Positions 50,584 through 62,200 are shown, numbered from the stretch's first letter. The stretch is DNA of 64,000 nt from an uncultured Desulfatitalea sp. (GCA_963668675.2 CAXXMB010000002.1:1440001-1504000), one strand, 5' to 3'. The notes: generated by a model from the letters alone, not told the origin. Numbers and translations: made by a program.

Positions 50584-50913
50584 ATGAGAAACGCATTCAC
50601 ATTACCAAGCAAAACATACATCGAGCTTGACCAGCCAGAAATATACAAGCGATTCATGCAGGGGTATTTCCAGCTGCTCCGGGAAAATCTCCAACGATAT
50701 AAGGTGATGAACAAAAATGGCGAACTAAAGGAGATCCGCTATACATGCGGTCAGGAACATACTTCTCGAAACCCGAACTGGAGGCCATTTCAGTATCTGG
50801 AACAATACTGTCGTAAGTGGGGATACGACGACATGGAAGCGCAGGATGTTATCGAGGAGAGGATTGGTAGGCGGTTGACCTGTGAGTGCGAGTTATTGGG
50901 GGGATGTTCATGA
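50584..50913 (+). CDS. hypothetical protein
   Basis: GGGAGG RBS; 109 aa; C..H and CECE residues; no family recognised. Confidence 0.65.
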   Translation: MRNAFTLPSKTYIELDQPEIYKRFMQGYFQLLRENLQRYKVMNKNGELKEIRYTCGQEHTSRNPNWRPFQYLEQYCRKWGYDDMEAQDVIEERIGRRLTCECELLGGCS

Positions 50914-50962
50914 TCTGTGCCCCTCTTTTACCGATAGATCTGGATGAAACATAATAAATACA

Positions 50963-50992
50963 TTGACTTATGTGATGTTCATGATTTAACAT
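50963..50992 (+). promoter_or_regulatory. candidate sigma70 promoter of the defence operon
   Basis: TTGACT-18 bp-TAACAT in an AT-rich leader upstream of 51152. Confidence 0.35.
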
Positions 50993-51151
50993 TTTTTGAT
51001 TGATATGCATCACATGAAACACCGATGAAAATGTGTTAATGAATAAAAACAGAAACTAAATCATATATACAACATATGAGCTCCCCTTATGAACTATCAG
51101 CGGCAATAATGATATGGTCCAATATTAACTATATAAACAGGCAATCAAAAC

Positions 51152-54100
51152 ATGGATGTTTTCAAATACCGTGATGAAGTAGTAGCCAATTATCGTTCTT
51201 TTACGACAAGCTTCACGAAAATCAAAGCAGATGACATCCAGCAATTTGTAACAGACCAATATAATTCCGGTCACTATTGGCCGGCTCCCCTAATCCAAAT
51301 AAATCCATCATTCGTTCTTGGGCAAACCGTTGAACAACTGGTGTCGGCAAATAAGATTAATCCTATTTGCCAAGATATTTTTAGATTCGAGAAAAGGGCA
51401 GGCTCTCCAGGTTACTCTGCACAACTTTTCAAGCATCAAATGGATGCAATAGAAATTGCCAAGCGGGGCGAAAGCTACGTCCTGACAACAGGTACAGGAT
51501 CAGGCAAGTCGCTTGCTTATATGCTGCCCATCATTGATAGCATTTTAAACTCAAAACATAGTGATTCCTCGGGGATCAAAGCCATAATCATTTATCCGAT
51601 GAATGCACTTGTTAACAGTCAACTGGAGGAATTGGATAAGTTTTTAGGACACTACAAAGACAAACCCGTCACATACGGGCGTTATACCGGTCAAGAAAAT
51701 CAGGATGAGAGGCACGCAATGGCGGCGGCACCACCTGACATCATTTTGACCAACTTCATGATGCTGGAATTGTTGATGACCAGGCAGGACGACTTGGATC
51801 GCACCATCATGAAGGCGGCAAAAGGACTGAATTTTTTAGTCCTGGATGAACTACATACCTATCGAGGTCGACAAGGGGCTGATGTTGCCATGCTTGTTCG
51901 ACGTGTCAGGGAAGCCCTCAATAAAGATGTCCAATGTATCGGGACCTCTGCGACCATGGCCAGCGAAGGCACATTGCAGGCGCGCAATGAAGCTATTGCC
52001 GAGGTCGCCAGCAAACTGTTTGGAACGCCTGTAAAACCCGAAAATATCGTCACCGAAACGATACAACGGCAAACACCACATTCTGAAAAACCGGTTGGAG
52101 CTGTTCTCGCTAAATCCATTCAAATGAGTTTGCCATCTAAAATGGACTTTAAAGCATTCAGAGAGCACCCGGTATCCTCATGGATTGAGTTGACGCTTGG
52201 GATAACCAAAGAAGATGGTCGCTGGGTTCGAACGCTCCCTCAGACGATCCGAGATGCTGCGATGAAATTGGCTGAAGATAGTGAACTTTCATCTGAGCTG
52301 TGTGAATCATTTCTCAGAAAGTTCCTGCTTAGCGCTTATCAATGTCGTGATAATAGCGGCAAACCGTTATTTGCTTTCCGCCTGCACCAGTTTATTTCCG
52401 GTGCCAATACGCTCTATTCCACCCTGGAGCCAGAAGGAAAAAGAAAGTTCGATTTAACCGGCCAACAATACTTGCCCGGCGACAGAGGTAAACGATTTTT
52501 CAGTGTTCATTTCTGCCGTCAATGTGGACAAGATTATCACCCGGTCTGGCATGGTGTTGAAGATGGGACACCCTTTTTGACTCCTCGGGATATAGATGAT
52601 CGTTCCCATGGTGAAGAAGATGCTGATTTCGGCTTTTTCATGTTTGACCCTCATGAGATCTGGAATGATCACAATATAGAAAACTTCCCCGAAAATTGGC
52701 TCGAAGAGCACAAAGGGACACTCCGGGTTAAAAACAACTTTAAAAAATATCAGCCAAAGAATGTGACTGTTGATCCCAGCGGCAAAATAGAGGCGAACGG
52801 CGAACAGGGATGGTTTATTCCTGGAAGCTTCAGATTCTGTCTCAATTGCGGGGTATCCCATGCGGCCCGTGGGAGGGATGTGAACAGAATAACAGGGCTT
52901 AGTGGTGAAGGCCGCTCTTCGGCAACAACCGTACTGGCAATTTCAGCGCTGACACATATGCTGGAGCAGGATACAGAGTTATCGTCTGAAGCTAAAAAAT
53001 TACTTGGATTTACCGACAACAGGCAGGATGCTTCCCTTCAGGCAGGGCATTTTAACGATTTTATCCAGATTTTACTGCTGCGGGGTGCATTGCTTTCCGC
53101 TGTGCAAAAAGCCCCTGACGGATATCTTACGGACAGCGTTATTGCGCAACGTGTATTCACTCAACTTGGCTTCGATAGCTTTGGGGAGGATTATCTTGAA
53201 AATCCGAACGCGGATGGCCCACCCAGACGCAGGGCTGAAGAAACCATGCGCAGTGTCCTTGGTTACAGACTCTATTTTGATCTACGCAGAGGGTGGCGCT
53301 ACAACAACCCCAATCTTGAACAACTCGGTTTGTTGGGTATCGATTATGAAGGGCTTCGAGAGCTTTGCGAAAAGCAATCCAAATGGGAAGGGCTTCAGTT
53401 TGATAAATTAGCCAGGATAACCCCCGGCATAAGGGAAGGCGTTCTTCGGTTGCTCATGGATGCCATGCGCCGCGGCCTTTGCATCAAAAGCCGATATTTA
53501 GACCGAATCCACTTGGAGCAAATAAAAAACCAGTCATTTCAATATCTCAAAGAACCATGGGGCTTCACCGAAGACGAAATACCCCAGGAGGCGTGCATTT
53601 TTTTACCGGCGGCAAAACCTCCAACGATGCGTCAATATTTTAACTTAGTCTCCGGTTCCTCGCGATCGACTCTGGGTCAGGCCCTAAAACGTCCTTCCAC
53701 ATGGGGCGCCGATGCAGAAACTGTCGGGCCAATCAAAGAAAAAGACTATGCTAATCTGATCAACAGTCTGTTGCAAGTTCTTTTAAGTTACGGTCTTGTT
53801 GAGGAGATCGACATAAACCGACAAATCAAAGGGTATCAACTCATAGGAGAGTTTCTTCAATGGCGACCGGCTCGTGAAACAGATGTCGGTAATGCGTTGA
53901 TGCTCCATTCTTCAGACAACCCCTTTTTTAAGGCATTATACCAAAGCGTGGCTACGCTCCTTTCTGAATGCAAAAGAACTCTGTTCGAAATGGAGGCCCG
54001 GGAGCATACGGCACAAGTCGATCCAGCACAGCGCGAAGAGCGGGAACAGCGTTTTCGCGAGGCAACTCTCAGGACCATGTTTTGTTCACCAACCATGGAA

Positions 54101-56374
54101 TTAGGCGTTGATATTGCCACGTTGAACACCGTGTATATGAGGAACATTCCGCCAACACCCGCAAATTACGCCCAACGCAGCGGTCGCGCCGGCCGTTCCG
54201 GACAGCCGGCACTTGTTCTCACCTATTGTGCTGCCTTGAGCCCTCATGATCAGTATTTTTTCCAAGATCCCGTCAAAATGGTGCATGGCCACGTGAGTCC
54301 GCCAACCCTCGATTTGGCCAATGAAGATCTTGTCGCCAGCCATCTACATGCCGTTTGGCTCAATGAAACCCGAAAGGCGCTTCCCAAAACAGTCAACAAT
54401 ATGCTGGACATGACGGCCCCTGAAAAGATGCCTGTTTTGAATGAATTCTTGGAGCAAATGGATAATGCTGATGTACGAAGCAGAACAGCTACCCGAGGAT
54501 TGAACCTGGTGCGGATGCTATACCCTGACCTGCAAGCAGCACGGGGCATCTGGATCAGCAATGACGGCTCACTTGAAGATGCATTGTCGGCATGGCTCGA
54601 GAAGCGTATCCAAGGCGCCTTCAATCAATTCAATCTCGCCCTTGATCGCTGGCGGGACCTTTATGCGGCTACCCAAAAGCAACTTCAGGCGGCGCATGAA
54701 ATCACCAGTAATCCAGCAGCCAGTGAACGCGAACGCAAAGCAGCCGCCAAACGATATGGCGAAGCCAGGACCCAGCTTGATCTCCTGCTCAATGCAGGAA
54801 GCGAGTATAATTCCGACTTTTCCACTTACCGCTACCTGGCAAGTCAGGGTTTTTTACCGGGATATAACTTCCCCCGCCTTCCATTGCTTGCCTACATGCC
54901 TGCACGTCGTGGCAAAATCGGTCGTGATAGCTTTCTAGCCAGACCGCGTTTTCTCGCTATATCCGAGTTTGGTCCCCTCAGTCTCATATACCATGAAGGC
55001 AGTCAATATCGTGTTAAAAAGGTCATTCTTGGAGTGCGGGGGGAGCAGGGACTGGACCAGTCTGGCTTAGTTACAGAGGAGGCAAGGCTCTGCCCCAATT
55101 GTGGATATGGACATTTCCATCGCCAATTAGGATATGAGCTTTGTCAGTCCTGCAACACTGAGATTGACGGTGGTTTGCGTATAGATAATCTCTATCGTGT
55201 TGAGAACGTCAGCACCCAAAGGGCTTTCCGAATTACCAGCGACGAGGAGGAGCGCACCCGCCAGGGCTATGAAATGCACACGACCGTGCAATTCGCGGAA
55301 ACCGACAACAATCTTCGGGTGCTCTCGGCAGAGGTGATGTTTCAAGACACAACGGTTCTTACCCTCAAATATGCGCCGGCTGCTACCGTGTGGCGAATCA
55401 ATCTCGGCTGGCGGCGCCGGAAGGAAAAATCGATTTACGGCTTCAACATCGATGCAACCACAGGATACTGGTCTAAGGATGAGCAAGCCCCGCTGGATCA
55501 AAATGATGCTGCGGAAAGAGAAGAGCGCTGCATCCAGCGTATCACCCCTTTTGTGGAAGACCGGCGCAATGTCTTGATTCTTCAACCATCAAAAGCATTA
55601 AATGAAAAGGTGATTACTACACTTCAGGTCGCCCTAAAGAGAGGCATTGAAGAAGAGTTCCAAATAGAAGAGTCTGAGCTCATGGTGGAGCCACTACCAC
55701 ATCGTGAACAACGCAATGCGATATTATTATATGAAGCGGCCGAAGGCGGCGCCGGTGTTCTTACCCGGCTTGTATCCGATGCAACCGCCTTGGCGAAGGT
55801 GGCGGATCGGGCGCTCCGTGTGTGCCATTATCAGCCGACCGGCAGCTGGCAGGAATCAAATGTGGCGACGAGCAACGCGAACAATGATTGCGAGGCCGGA
55901 TGCTATCGGTGCCTTCTAAGTTATTACAACCAACCGGACCATGAACTGCTGGACCGTCGAAATCCTGAAGTGTTTGAAATCCTGACCTCGCTTACTGATG
56001 CCACCGTGCAAACTGCCTCCGGCGGCCGAAGTCACAACGAACAAGCCGAACACCTGAGCCGTCTTTCCAACAGCTCCCTGGAACAGGAGTGGCTTGAATA
56101 TCTAAAACGACATGCCCACCGGCTGCCGGATGAAGCCCAGATTACTTTGGAACAGTTCGGCACCCGTCCCGATTTTCTATACCGCAAACATCAGGCCGTC
56201 ATCTATATCGATGGCCCTCATCACGAAAAGCAGGCCCAACAAAAAATCGACGCTGCTTTAACCCAGAAGCTTGAAGCAGCAGGGTTGGTAGTTATACGTT
56301 TCCCCAAAGAAAAAACCCTCTGGGCAGGTATTCTATCGAAATATCCGGATGTGTTTGGAGTCTCAAAATCATGA
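51152..56374 (+). CDS. large DEAD/DEAH (YprA-like) helicase with DUF1998 and C-terminal DUF559-like nuclease
   Basis: HQ, TGTGSGKS, YPMNAL, DELH, SAT, ELGVDI, QRSGRAGR; EGGAG and CEAGCYRCL (DUF1998); RPDF..IYIDGPHH nuclease-like tail. Confidence 0.88.
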   Translation: MDVFKYRDEVVANYRSFTTSFTKIKADDIQQFVTDQYNSGHYWPAPLIQINPSFVLGQTVEQLVSANKINPICQDIFRFEKRAGSPGYSAQLFKHQMDAIEIAKRGESYVLTTGTGSGKSLAYMLPIIDSILNSKHSDSSGIKAIIIYPMNALVNSQLEELDKFLGHYKDKPVTYGRYTGQENQDERHAMAAAPPDIILTNFMMLELLMTRQDDLDRTIMKAAKGLNFLVLDELHTYRGRQGADVAMLVRRVREALNKDVQCIGTSATMASEGTLQARNEAIAEVASKLFGTPVKPENIVTETIQRQTPHSEKPVGAVLAKSIQMSLPSKMDFKAFREHPVSSWIELTLGITKEDGRWVRTLPQTIRDAAMKLAEDSELSSELCESFLRKFLLSAYQCRDNSGKPLFAFRLHQFISGANTLYSTLEPEGKRKFDLTGQQYLPGDRGKRFFSVHFCRQCGQDYHPVWHGVEDGTPFLTPRDIDDRSHGEEDADFGFFMFDPHEIWNDHNIENFPENWLEEHKGTLRVKNNFKKYQPKNVTVDPSGKIEANGEQGWFIPGSFRFCLNCGVSHAARGRDVNRITGLSGEGRSSATTVLAISALTHMLEQDTELSSEAKKLLGFTDNRQDASLQAGHFNDFIQILLLRGALLSAVQKAPDGYLTDSVIAQRVFTQLGFDSFGEDYLENPNADGPPRRRAEETMRSVLGYRLYFDLRRGWRYNNPNLEQLGLLGIDYEGLRELCEKQSKWEGLQFDKLARITPGIREGVLRLLMDAMRRGLCIKSRYLDRIHLEQIKNQSFQYLKEPWGFTEDEIPQEACIFLPAAKPPTMRQYFNLVSGSSRSTLGQALKRPSTWGADAETVGPIKEKDYANLINSLLQVLLSYGLVEEIDINRQIKGYQLIGEFLQWRPARETDVGNALMLHSSDNPFFKALYQSVATLLSECKRTLFEMEAREHTAQVDPAQREEREQRFREATLRTMFCSPTMELGVDIATLNTVYMRNIPPTPANYAQRSGRAGRSGQPALVLTYCAALSPHDQYFFQDPVKMVHGHVSPPTLDLANEDLVASHLHAVWLNETRKALPKTVNNMLDMTAPEKMPVLNEFLEQMDNADVRSRTATRGLNLVRMLYPDLQAARGIWISNDGSLEDALSAWLEKRIQGAFNQFNLALDRWRDLYAATQKQLQAAHEITSNPAASERERKAAAKRYGEARTQLDLLLNAGSEYNSDFSTYRYLASQGFLPGYNFPRLPLLAYMPARRGKIGRDSFLARPRFLAISEFGPLSLIYHEGSQYRVKKVILGVRGEQGLDQSGLVTEEARLCPNCGYGHFHRQLGYELCQSCNTEIDGGLRIDNLYRVENVSTQRAFRITSDEEERTRQGYEMHTTVQFAETDNNLRVLSAEVMFQDTTVLTLKYAPAATVWRINLGWRRRKEKSIYGFNIDATTGYWSKDEQAPLDQNDAAEREERCIQRITPFVEDRRNVLILQPSKALNEKVITTLQVALKRGIEEEFQIEESELMVEPLPHREQRNAILLYEAAEGGAGVLTRLVSDATALAKVADRALRVCHYQPTGSWQESNVATSNANNDCEAGCYRCLLSYYNQPDHELLDRRNPEVFEILTSLTDATVQTASGGRSHNEQAEHLSRLSNSSLEQEWLEYLKRHAHRLPDEAQITLEQFGTRPDFLYRKHQAVIYIDGPHHEKQAQQKIDAALTQKLEAAGLVVIRFPKEKTLWAGILSKYPDVFGVSKS

Positions 56375-59223
56375 ACCAGCTTTCTTTTCAACCCGGCAGC
56401 ATTGTCAGTGCTCGTGGCAGGGAATGGGTTGTTCTGCCCAAAAGTCATGACGAAACCCTCTATTTAAGACCCATGGGTAGTGGTGAAGAAAGTGTCACTG
56501 TTCTTTATGCACCACTGGAAAGAACACCGGTCAAGCAGGCCACATTTCCAATGCCCAAGGCAGATGAGGTCGGTATCCAATCCGCTGGCCTGTTGCTACG
56601 TGATGCCTTGATGCTGAAACTTAGAAACGGCGCCGGACCGTTCAGATCCTTTGGAAACATAGCCATCGAGCCGAGAGCCTACCAGTTGGTTCCGCTGATG
56701 ATGGCATTAAAACTTGAAATCCTGCGCTTATTGATTGCCGATGATGTCGGCATCGGCAAGACCATAGAAGCCGGGCTGATTGCCCGAGAGATGCTCGACA
56801 GGGGTGAAGTGGACCGGCTGGCGGTGCTCTGCCCGCCGCACCTTTGTGAACAGTGGCAAAAAGAGATGTTTGATCGGTTTCATATTGATGCGGAAATCGT
56901 ACGCACCAGCAGCGCAGCCCGCCTTGAACGAGGCATCCCCGCCGGGAGTTCCATCTTTTATGAGTACCCCTTCACCATTGTCAGCCTCGACTATATCAAA
57001 AACAAAAACCGAAGAGACGCATTTGCCGAACATTGCCCGGACATGGTAATCGTGGATGAAGCCCATACCTGTTCACGCACCGTACGCGGACGCCAATTGC
57101 GCTTTGAATTACTGCAAGATATCGCCAGGAATCAAAACCGGCACTTGTTGCTGCTTACCGCCACACCCCACAGCGGTGATGAAGATGCCTTTTATAATCT
57201 ATTGAGTCTTTTGAAACCACGGTTCACGGATCTTAAAGACATCAGTGGCGCAGATCACCCGCTACGCAAACAACTGGCCGATCATTTCGTCCAGCGTCGC
57301 CGTCAGGACATCAAAGAGTGGCAGGAAGGCCATCTTTTCCCCGAACGATTTACTGCAGAGGAGACATATAAGCTGAGCGGTGCATGGGGAGATCTGTTTC
57401 AGGAAGTGCTCGGCTATGCCCAGGAACTCGTGGAACGCGAAACAGAGGGCAGCCTTCGTCAACGAATGAATTGGTGGGCGGCCCTGGCCTTGCTTCGCTG
57501 CATCTCGTCCTCCCCCCAGGCAGCCGTCAGAGCCCTTAAAACACGCCTTGAAAACACCCTTAGTTCAGATGCCTCCCAGGATGAAGAAACCGCTGTGCAG
57601 GAACTTGAGGAAAAAGGTGCTTCCACCGTATTGGATGGTTCCGAAGACCTTGGCCTGAGCAATGACGACGTGGAACCGGGTGCCGCACTACCGGAAGATG
57701 TTGAACGCCTGACAGGCATGATTGAAAAGGCCCAGGCCCTGAAAATCAGCGCCGATCCAAAATTAAAGAAGCTCATCACAACTTTGGCCGGCATCTTGGA
57801 AGAAGGTTACCAGCCGGTTATTTTCTGTCGATACATCGCCACAGCCGAATACCTGGGTGATGCACTCTCACGAAAATTCAAACAGCATAACGTCATCACC
57901 GTAACCGGTGAACTAACCCCTCACGAGCGTGAAGAAAAGATCGAATCTCTCAAAGACACCGATCAACCCGCACTGTTGGTAGCCACGGACTGCCTTTCCG
58001 AAGGAATCAATTTACAGGAACAATTCACCGCAGTGGTCCACTATGACTTGAGCTGGAATCCCACCCGCCATGAGCAACGGGAAGGCCGCGTGGATCGATT
58101 CGGTCAAATGGCCGGTCAGGTTAAAGCGCTCATGCTTTATGGAGAAGACAACCCCATCGATGGCGCGGTACTGCAAGTGATCCTCAAAAAGGCAGAACGC
58201 ATCCGCAAAACCCTGGGGGTCAGTGTGCCCATGCCGGAGGACAACAATCGTATCACCCAAGCCATCATGAAAACGGTTTTGCTGCACAAACGCCGGACCT
58301 GTACTAACGCGCCAAAGCAGCTCACCCTGTTTGATATGGATGATGCCCCATTGGCTGAACTGGATCGCGACCTCGATGCAAAATGGGAATCGGTCCGGGA
58401 AAAAGCGAAAAAGCATCGCACCATCTTCGCTCAAAATCGGCTCAAACCTGAACAGGTTATGCCGGAATGGGAGAAAGCCTTTGCCGTATTGGGCACTGAA
58501 GCAGATGTGGAACGTTTTGTCATACGCACCTGTGAGCGCTTGGGCGCCCCTTTGGATAAACTTAAAAAAGGCGGCTATAGAATTCCATTGGCGCACCTGC
58601 CTTGGGAGGTGAAAGAACGCCTGGAAAGCAGCGGTCTGGCGAAAATCAACAAAATCGATTTTTACTATCCACCGGCTGCTATTGGTGCTGAATTTATCCA
58701 TCGTACTCATCCCTTGGTAAGTCATCTCGCCGATTTTGTAGCCGAATGCGCCATGAATGGCGGGCCGCACAACATAGTGGCCCGTGCTGGTGCCGTCTTT
58801 ACCAAAGAGGTTACCGCCAAAACCACGGTATTACTGCTGCGTCTTCGCAATCGCTTGATTATCCGCAGGGCAAAAGACCGGCGTGAGATGCTGGCTGAAG
58901 AAGCCCTGGCCATTGCTATCCATGGAACAGCCGAACCTGACATATTACCGACGAAGGAAGCCTTGCGCCTGATGCAAGTAGCCGTCTCAAAGAATATGGA
59001 ACCTGACCGCCGCATACGGGAACTCAATACTGCGTTGGAAACCGCCAAAAGTCTTCAATCGACCTTCGAAAAGATTGCCCAACAGCGTTCCCAGGAAGTT
59101 CTCACCGACCATCGGCGGGTCAGGGATGCCGCCGATGCCCGTGGGGAATACCTCGTCTACCCGCAACTGCCTGTTGATGTCATGGGGGTGTATGTCCTGG
59201 TTCCGGATGTGACCTTGTTTTAG
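56371..59223 (+). CDS. SNF2-family helicase (DrmD-like)
   Basis: LIADDVGIGKT, DEAH, TATPH, EGINLQ, QREGRVDRFGQ; ATGA overlap with upstream gene. Confidence 0.88.
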   Translation: MNQLSFQPGSIVSARGREWVVLPKSHDETLYLRPMGSGEESVTVLYAPLERTPVKQATFPMPKADEVGIQSAGLLLRDALMLKLRNGAGPFRSFGNIAIEPRAYQLVPLMMALKLEILRLLIADDVGIGKTIEAGLIAREMLDRGEVDRLAVLCPPHLCEQWQKEMFDRFHIDAEIVRTSSAARLERGIPAGSSIFYEYPFTIVSLDYIKNKNRRDAFAEHCPDMVIVDEAHTCSRTVRGRQLRFELLQDIARNQNRHLLLLTATPHSGDEDAFYNLLSLLKPRFTDLKDISGADHPLRKQLADHFVQRRRQDIKEWQEGHLFPERFTAEETYKLSGAWGDLFQEVLGYAQELVERETEGSLRQRMNWWAALALLRCISSSPQAAVRALKTRLENTLSSDASQDEETAVQELEEKGASTVLDGSEDLGLSNDDVEPGAALPEDVERLTGMIEKAQALKISADPKLKKLITTLAGILEEGYQPVIFCRYIATAEYLGDALSRKFKQHNVITVTGELTPHEREEKIESLKDTDQPALLVATDCLSEGINLQEQFTAVVHYDLSWNPTRHEQREGRVDRFGQMAGQVKALMLYGEDNPIDGAVLQVILKKAERIRKTLGVSVPMPEDNNRITQAIMKTVLLHKRRTCTNAPKQLTLFDMDDAPLAELDRDLDAKWESVREKAKKHRTIFAQNRLKPEQVMPEWEKAFAVLGTEADVERFVIRTCERLGAPLDKLKKGGYRIPLAHLPWEVKERLESSGLAKINKIDFYYPPAAIGAEFIHRTHPLVSHLADFVAECAMNGGPHNIVARAGAVFTKEVTAKTTVLLLRLRNRLIIRRAKDRREMLAEEALAIAIHGTAEPDILPTKEALRLMQVAVSKNMEPDRRIRELNTALETAKSLQSTFEKIAQQRSQEVLTDHRRVRDAADARGEYLVYPQLPVDVMGVYVLVPDVTLF

Positions 59224-59237
59224 AATGGATCTCGATC

Positions 59238-62200
59238 ATGCCCAAACACAGAAATGATACCGGCCTTGAGGCTATACGGATAGAAGGCGGACTCCTTTCT
59301 ACTGCACTGATGCAGCAGCTGCGTCACTATCAACTTCCCGGACAGACAAGCGAAGCATACGATATAGAAAAAGGCCTCAAGCTCAGTGATGAACTGGGGC
59401 GCTATTGGCGTATTGCCCAGGCGCGCTGGCAGCGATATTCGGAATTACGTCAAAGGGTCGACCTCGATCACACCACCCTTGCCGTGGAACAGTGGCTCCT
59501 ACCGCTATTTACCCGCGTGCTGGGGTATCAAATCAATCCGTCGGAGCCACTACAAAAGGCAGAGCGTCTGTTTCCCATCACCCATACCGCATTTGATGGC
59601 ACCGTACCTTTTGTCTTTACCGGCGCCGAATATCCGCTGGACACAGGCGACACCCGATTTGGAGAATCCGGGCACAAAAGATCCCCGGCCGGACTGCTTC
59701 AAGAATACATCAATGCTGAAGAGCGCTGTATGTGGGCCTTTGTCGGCAACGGGTTGACCTTGCGGCTGATGCGCGACAACCCGGCCATTACCAGGCCCGC
59801 CTATGTTGAAATCGACCTTCAGAGAATGTTTGATGAAGAGCTATATGCGGATTTTACCGTATTCTGGTTACTGTTGCATGCCACCCGCCTGGCCCCGGTA
59901 GACAGCCGCCCGGACAACTGCTACCTGGAACAGTGGCGAAATCAGGGCCTGGACGAAGGCGAACGGGTGCTGGGGCAGCTTCGATACGGTGTGACCCAAG
60001 CCCTTCGAATCATCGGCACCGGTTTTGTGGCCCATCCGGACAACCATAGCCTGAGAGAGAACCTCAAATCCGGAGAGCTGTCCACAGACCAGTTTTTTCA
60101 GGAATTGCTGCGCCTCATCTACCGCATGCTCTTTTTGCTGACCACAGAAGACCGTGGCGTGCTGCTCGACCCCAAGGCATCCAACGATGCTCGCACACTA
60201 TATCAGCAAGGTTACAGTGTCGGTATGCTGCGAGATCGCGCGCGTTTTAAGCGACATCATGACAATTACAGCGACGCCTGGCAACAGCTTCTGGTTACTT
60301 TTGCCGGATTTTCAACCGGTCAACCATTGCTGGCTCAACCTGCATTGGGAGGGCTTTTTGCCGACGACCAGTGCCCCAACCTGGACAAAGCCGAGTTGGC
60401 TAATCGCTATCTTTATACCGCCCTTTTCAACCTATGCTATTTTCAAACAGGTGGGGTGCTCTCCAGAGTAAATTACAAGGAGATGGATGAAGAGCTGGGG
60501 TCTATCTATGAATCCCTCCTGGAATTGATCCCCCAATTTTCCACCAACGGGCAGTGGCAGTTCGGATTTATTGGGGATGAAGCCGACGGCGACGGCACTG
60601 CAGGCCATGCCCGCAAATTAACCGGGTCTTATTACACCCCCCATGCCCTGGTTCAGGAGCTGATCAAGTCCGCCCTGGAGCCGGTATTGGCGCAACGATT
60701 GCGCGAGAATCCGGAAAACCCAAGAGAGGCATTGCTCGATATAACGGTGTGTGATCCCGCCTGCGGATCGGGGCATTTCCTGCTTGCCGCTGCACGGCGT
60801 CTGGCTGCCCAACTGGCCCGGATCGATGCAGGCAGCGACCAGCCAACGGAAACCGACTACCGCCACGCCTTGCGGGAGGTGATCAGCCGTTGCATCTATG
60901 GGGTGGATATCAACCCTCTGGCCGTGGAACTGTGCCGCATGGCTCTGTGGATCGAAGCCATGGAGCCGGGCAAGCCTTTGGGGTTTCTGGATGCCCACAT
61001 CCGGGTGGGCAATTCCCTGGTGGGGGTGTTGAATCCTGAAACGCTCAAAAAGGGAATTCCCGATAAAGCTTTTCAGCCGCTAACCGGGGACGATAAAGAT
61101 ATCGCCGCTGCACTTAAAATGCGCAACCGCTTAGACCCACGCCAGAAAGAGATTTTTGGTCGAGGGGTTGCAGACCTATCCGCCTGTGCCGTGGATCTGG
61201 CGGCCATGCCCGAGGAGGACCTGAACCAGGTTGAACAAAAACGCGATGCCTGGACGGCGATGCTTTATAGCGAAGCCTGCCAAAAAGAAAAGCTGCGCGC
61301 CGATCTTTATTCGGCCGCCTATTTTGCTCCCAAGACCGCTGAGAACAACGACAATGTGCCCACCAACTTTGAATTGAACGCCATTGAACATGATGAAGCC
61401 ATCCGTCCTGAAATGCGCTCCCATATCGCCGGATTAGCGGCCGGGCATCGATTTTTTCACTGGCATATCGCCTTTCCTGAAGTGTTTGAAAAGGGGGGCT
61501 TCGATGTGTTGTTGGGCAATCCGCCATGGGAGCGCATCAAAATACAGGAAAAGGAATTTTTTGCTTCCCGCAGCCAGGAAATTGCAGGCGCAGCCAATGC
61601 AGCGAGCCGAAGACGAAAAATTGAAGCATTGCAAAATGGCACGGAAGCGGAAAATGCTTTATATCGTGAATTTCAATACACGAAACACACGGCCGAGGCT
61701 GTCAGCCTATTCGTTCGGGAATCCGGCCGTTTCCCTCTGACTGCAAGGGGGGACATCAACCTTTATGCTATTTTTGCAGAGCATTTCGCTTATGCGGTTA
61801 ATGATACCGGAAGAGCCGGAATACTTGTGCCGACGGGTATTGCCACGGATGATTCGACAAAAATATTTTTTTCCACAGTTGTTAAAAATAATCGATTGTT
61901 CAGTCTTTTTGATTTTGAAAATCGGGAGGGGCTGTTTGCTGGCGTGCATAGAAGCTACAAGTTCTGCTTGCTTACTTTGGGTAGTAATAAACAAGCGGCA
62001 CAGCTATCCTTTTTTGCCACACAAACGCCACAACTTAAGGATAAACGACGCAGCTTTACACTCTCACCAGATGAGTTTTCATTGATTAATCCTAATACCC
62101 TCACCTGTCCAGTGTTTCGATCCCAGAAGGATGCCGAACTTACGAAAAAGATATACCGGACCGCACCAATATTGATTCGCGAAGCAACGTGTAAAAGGCC

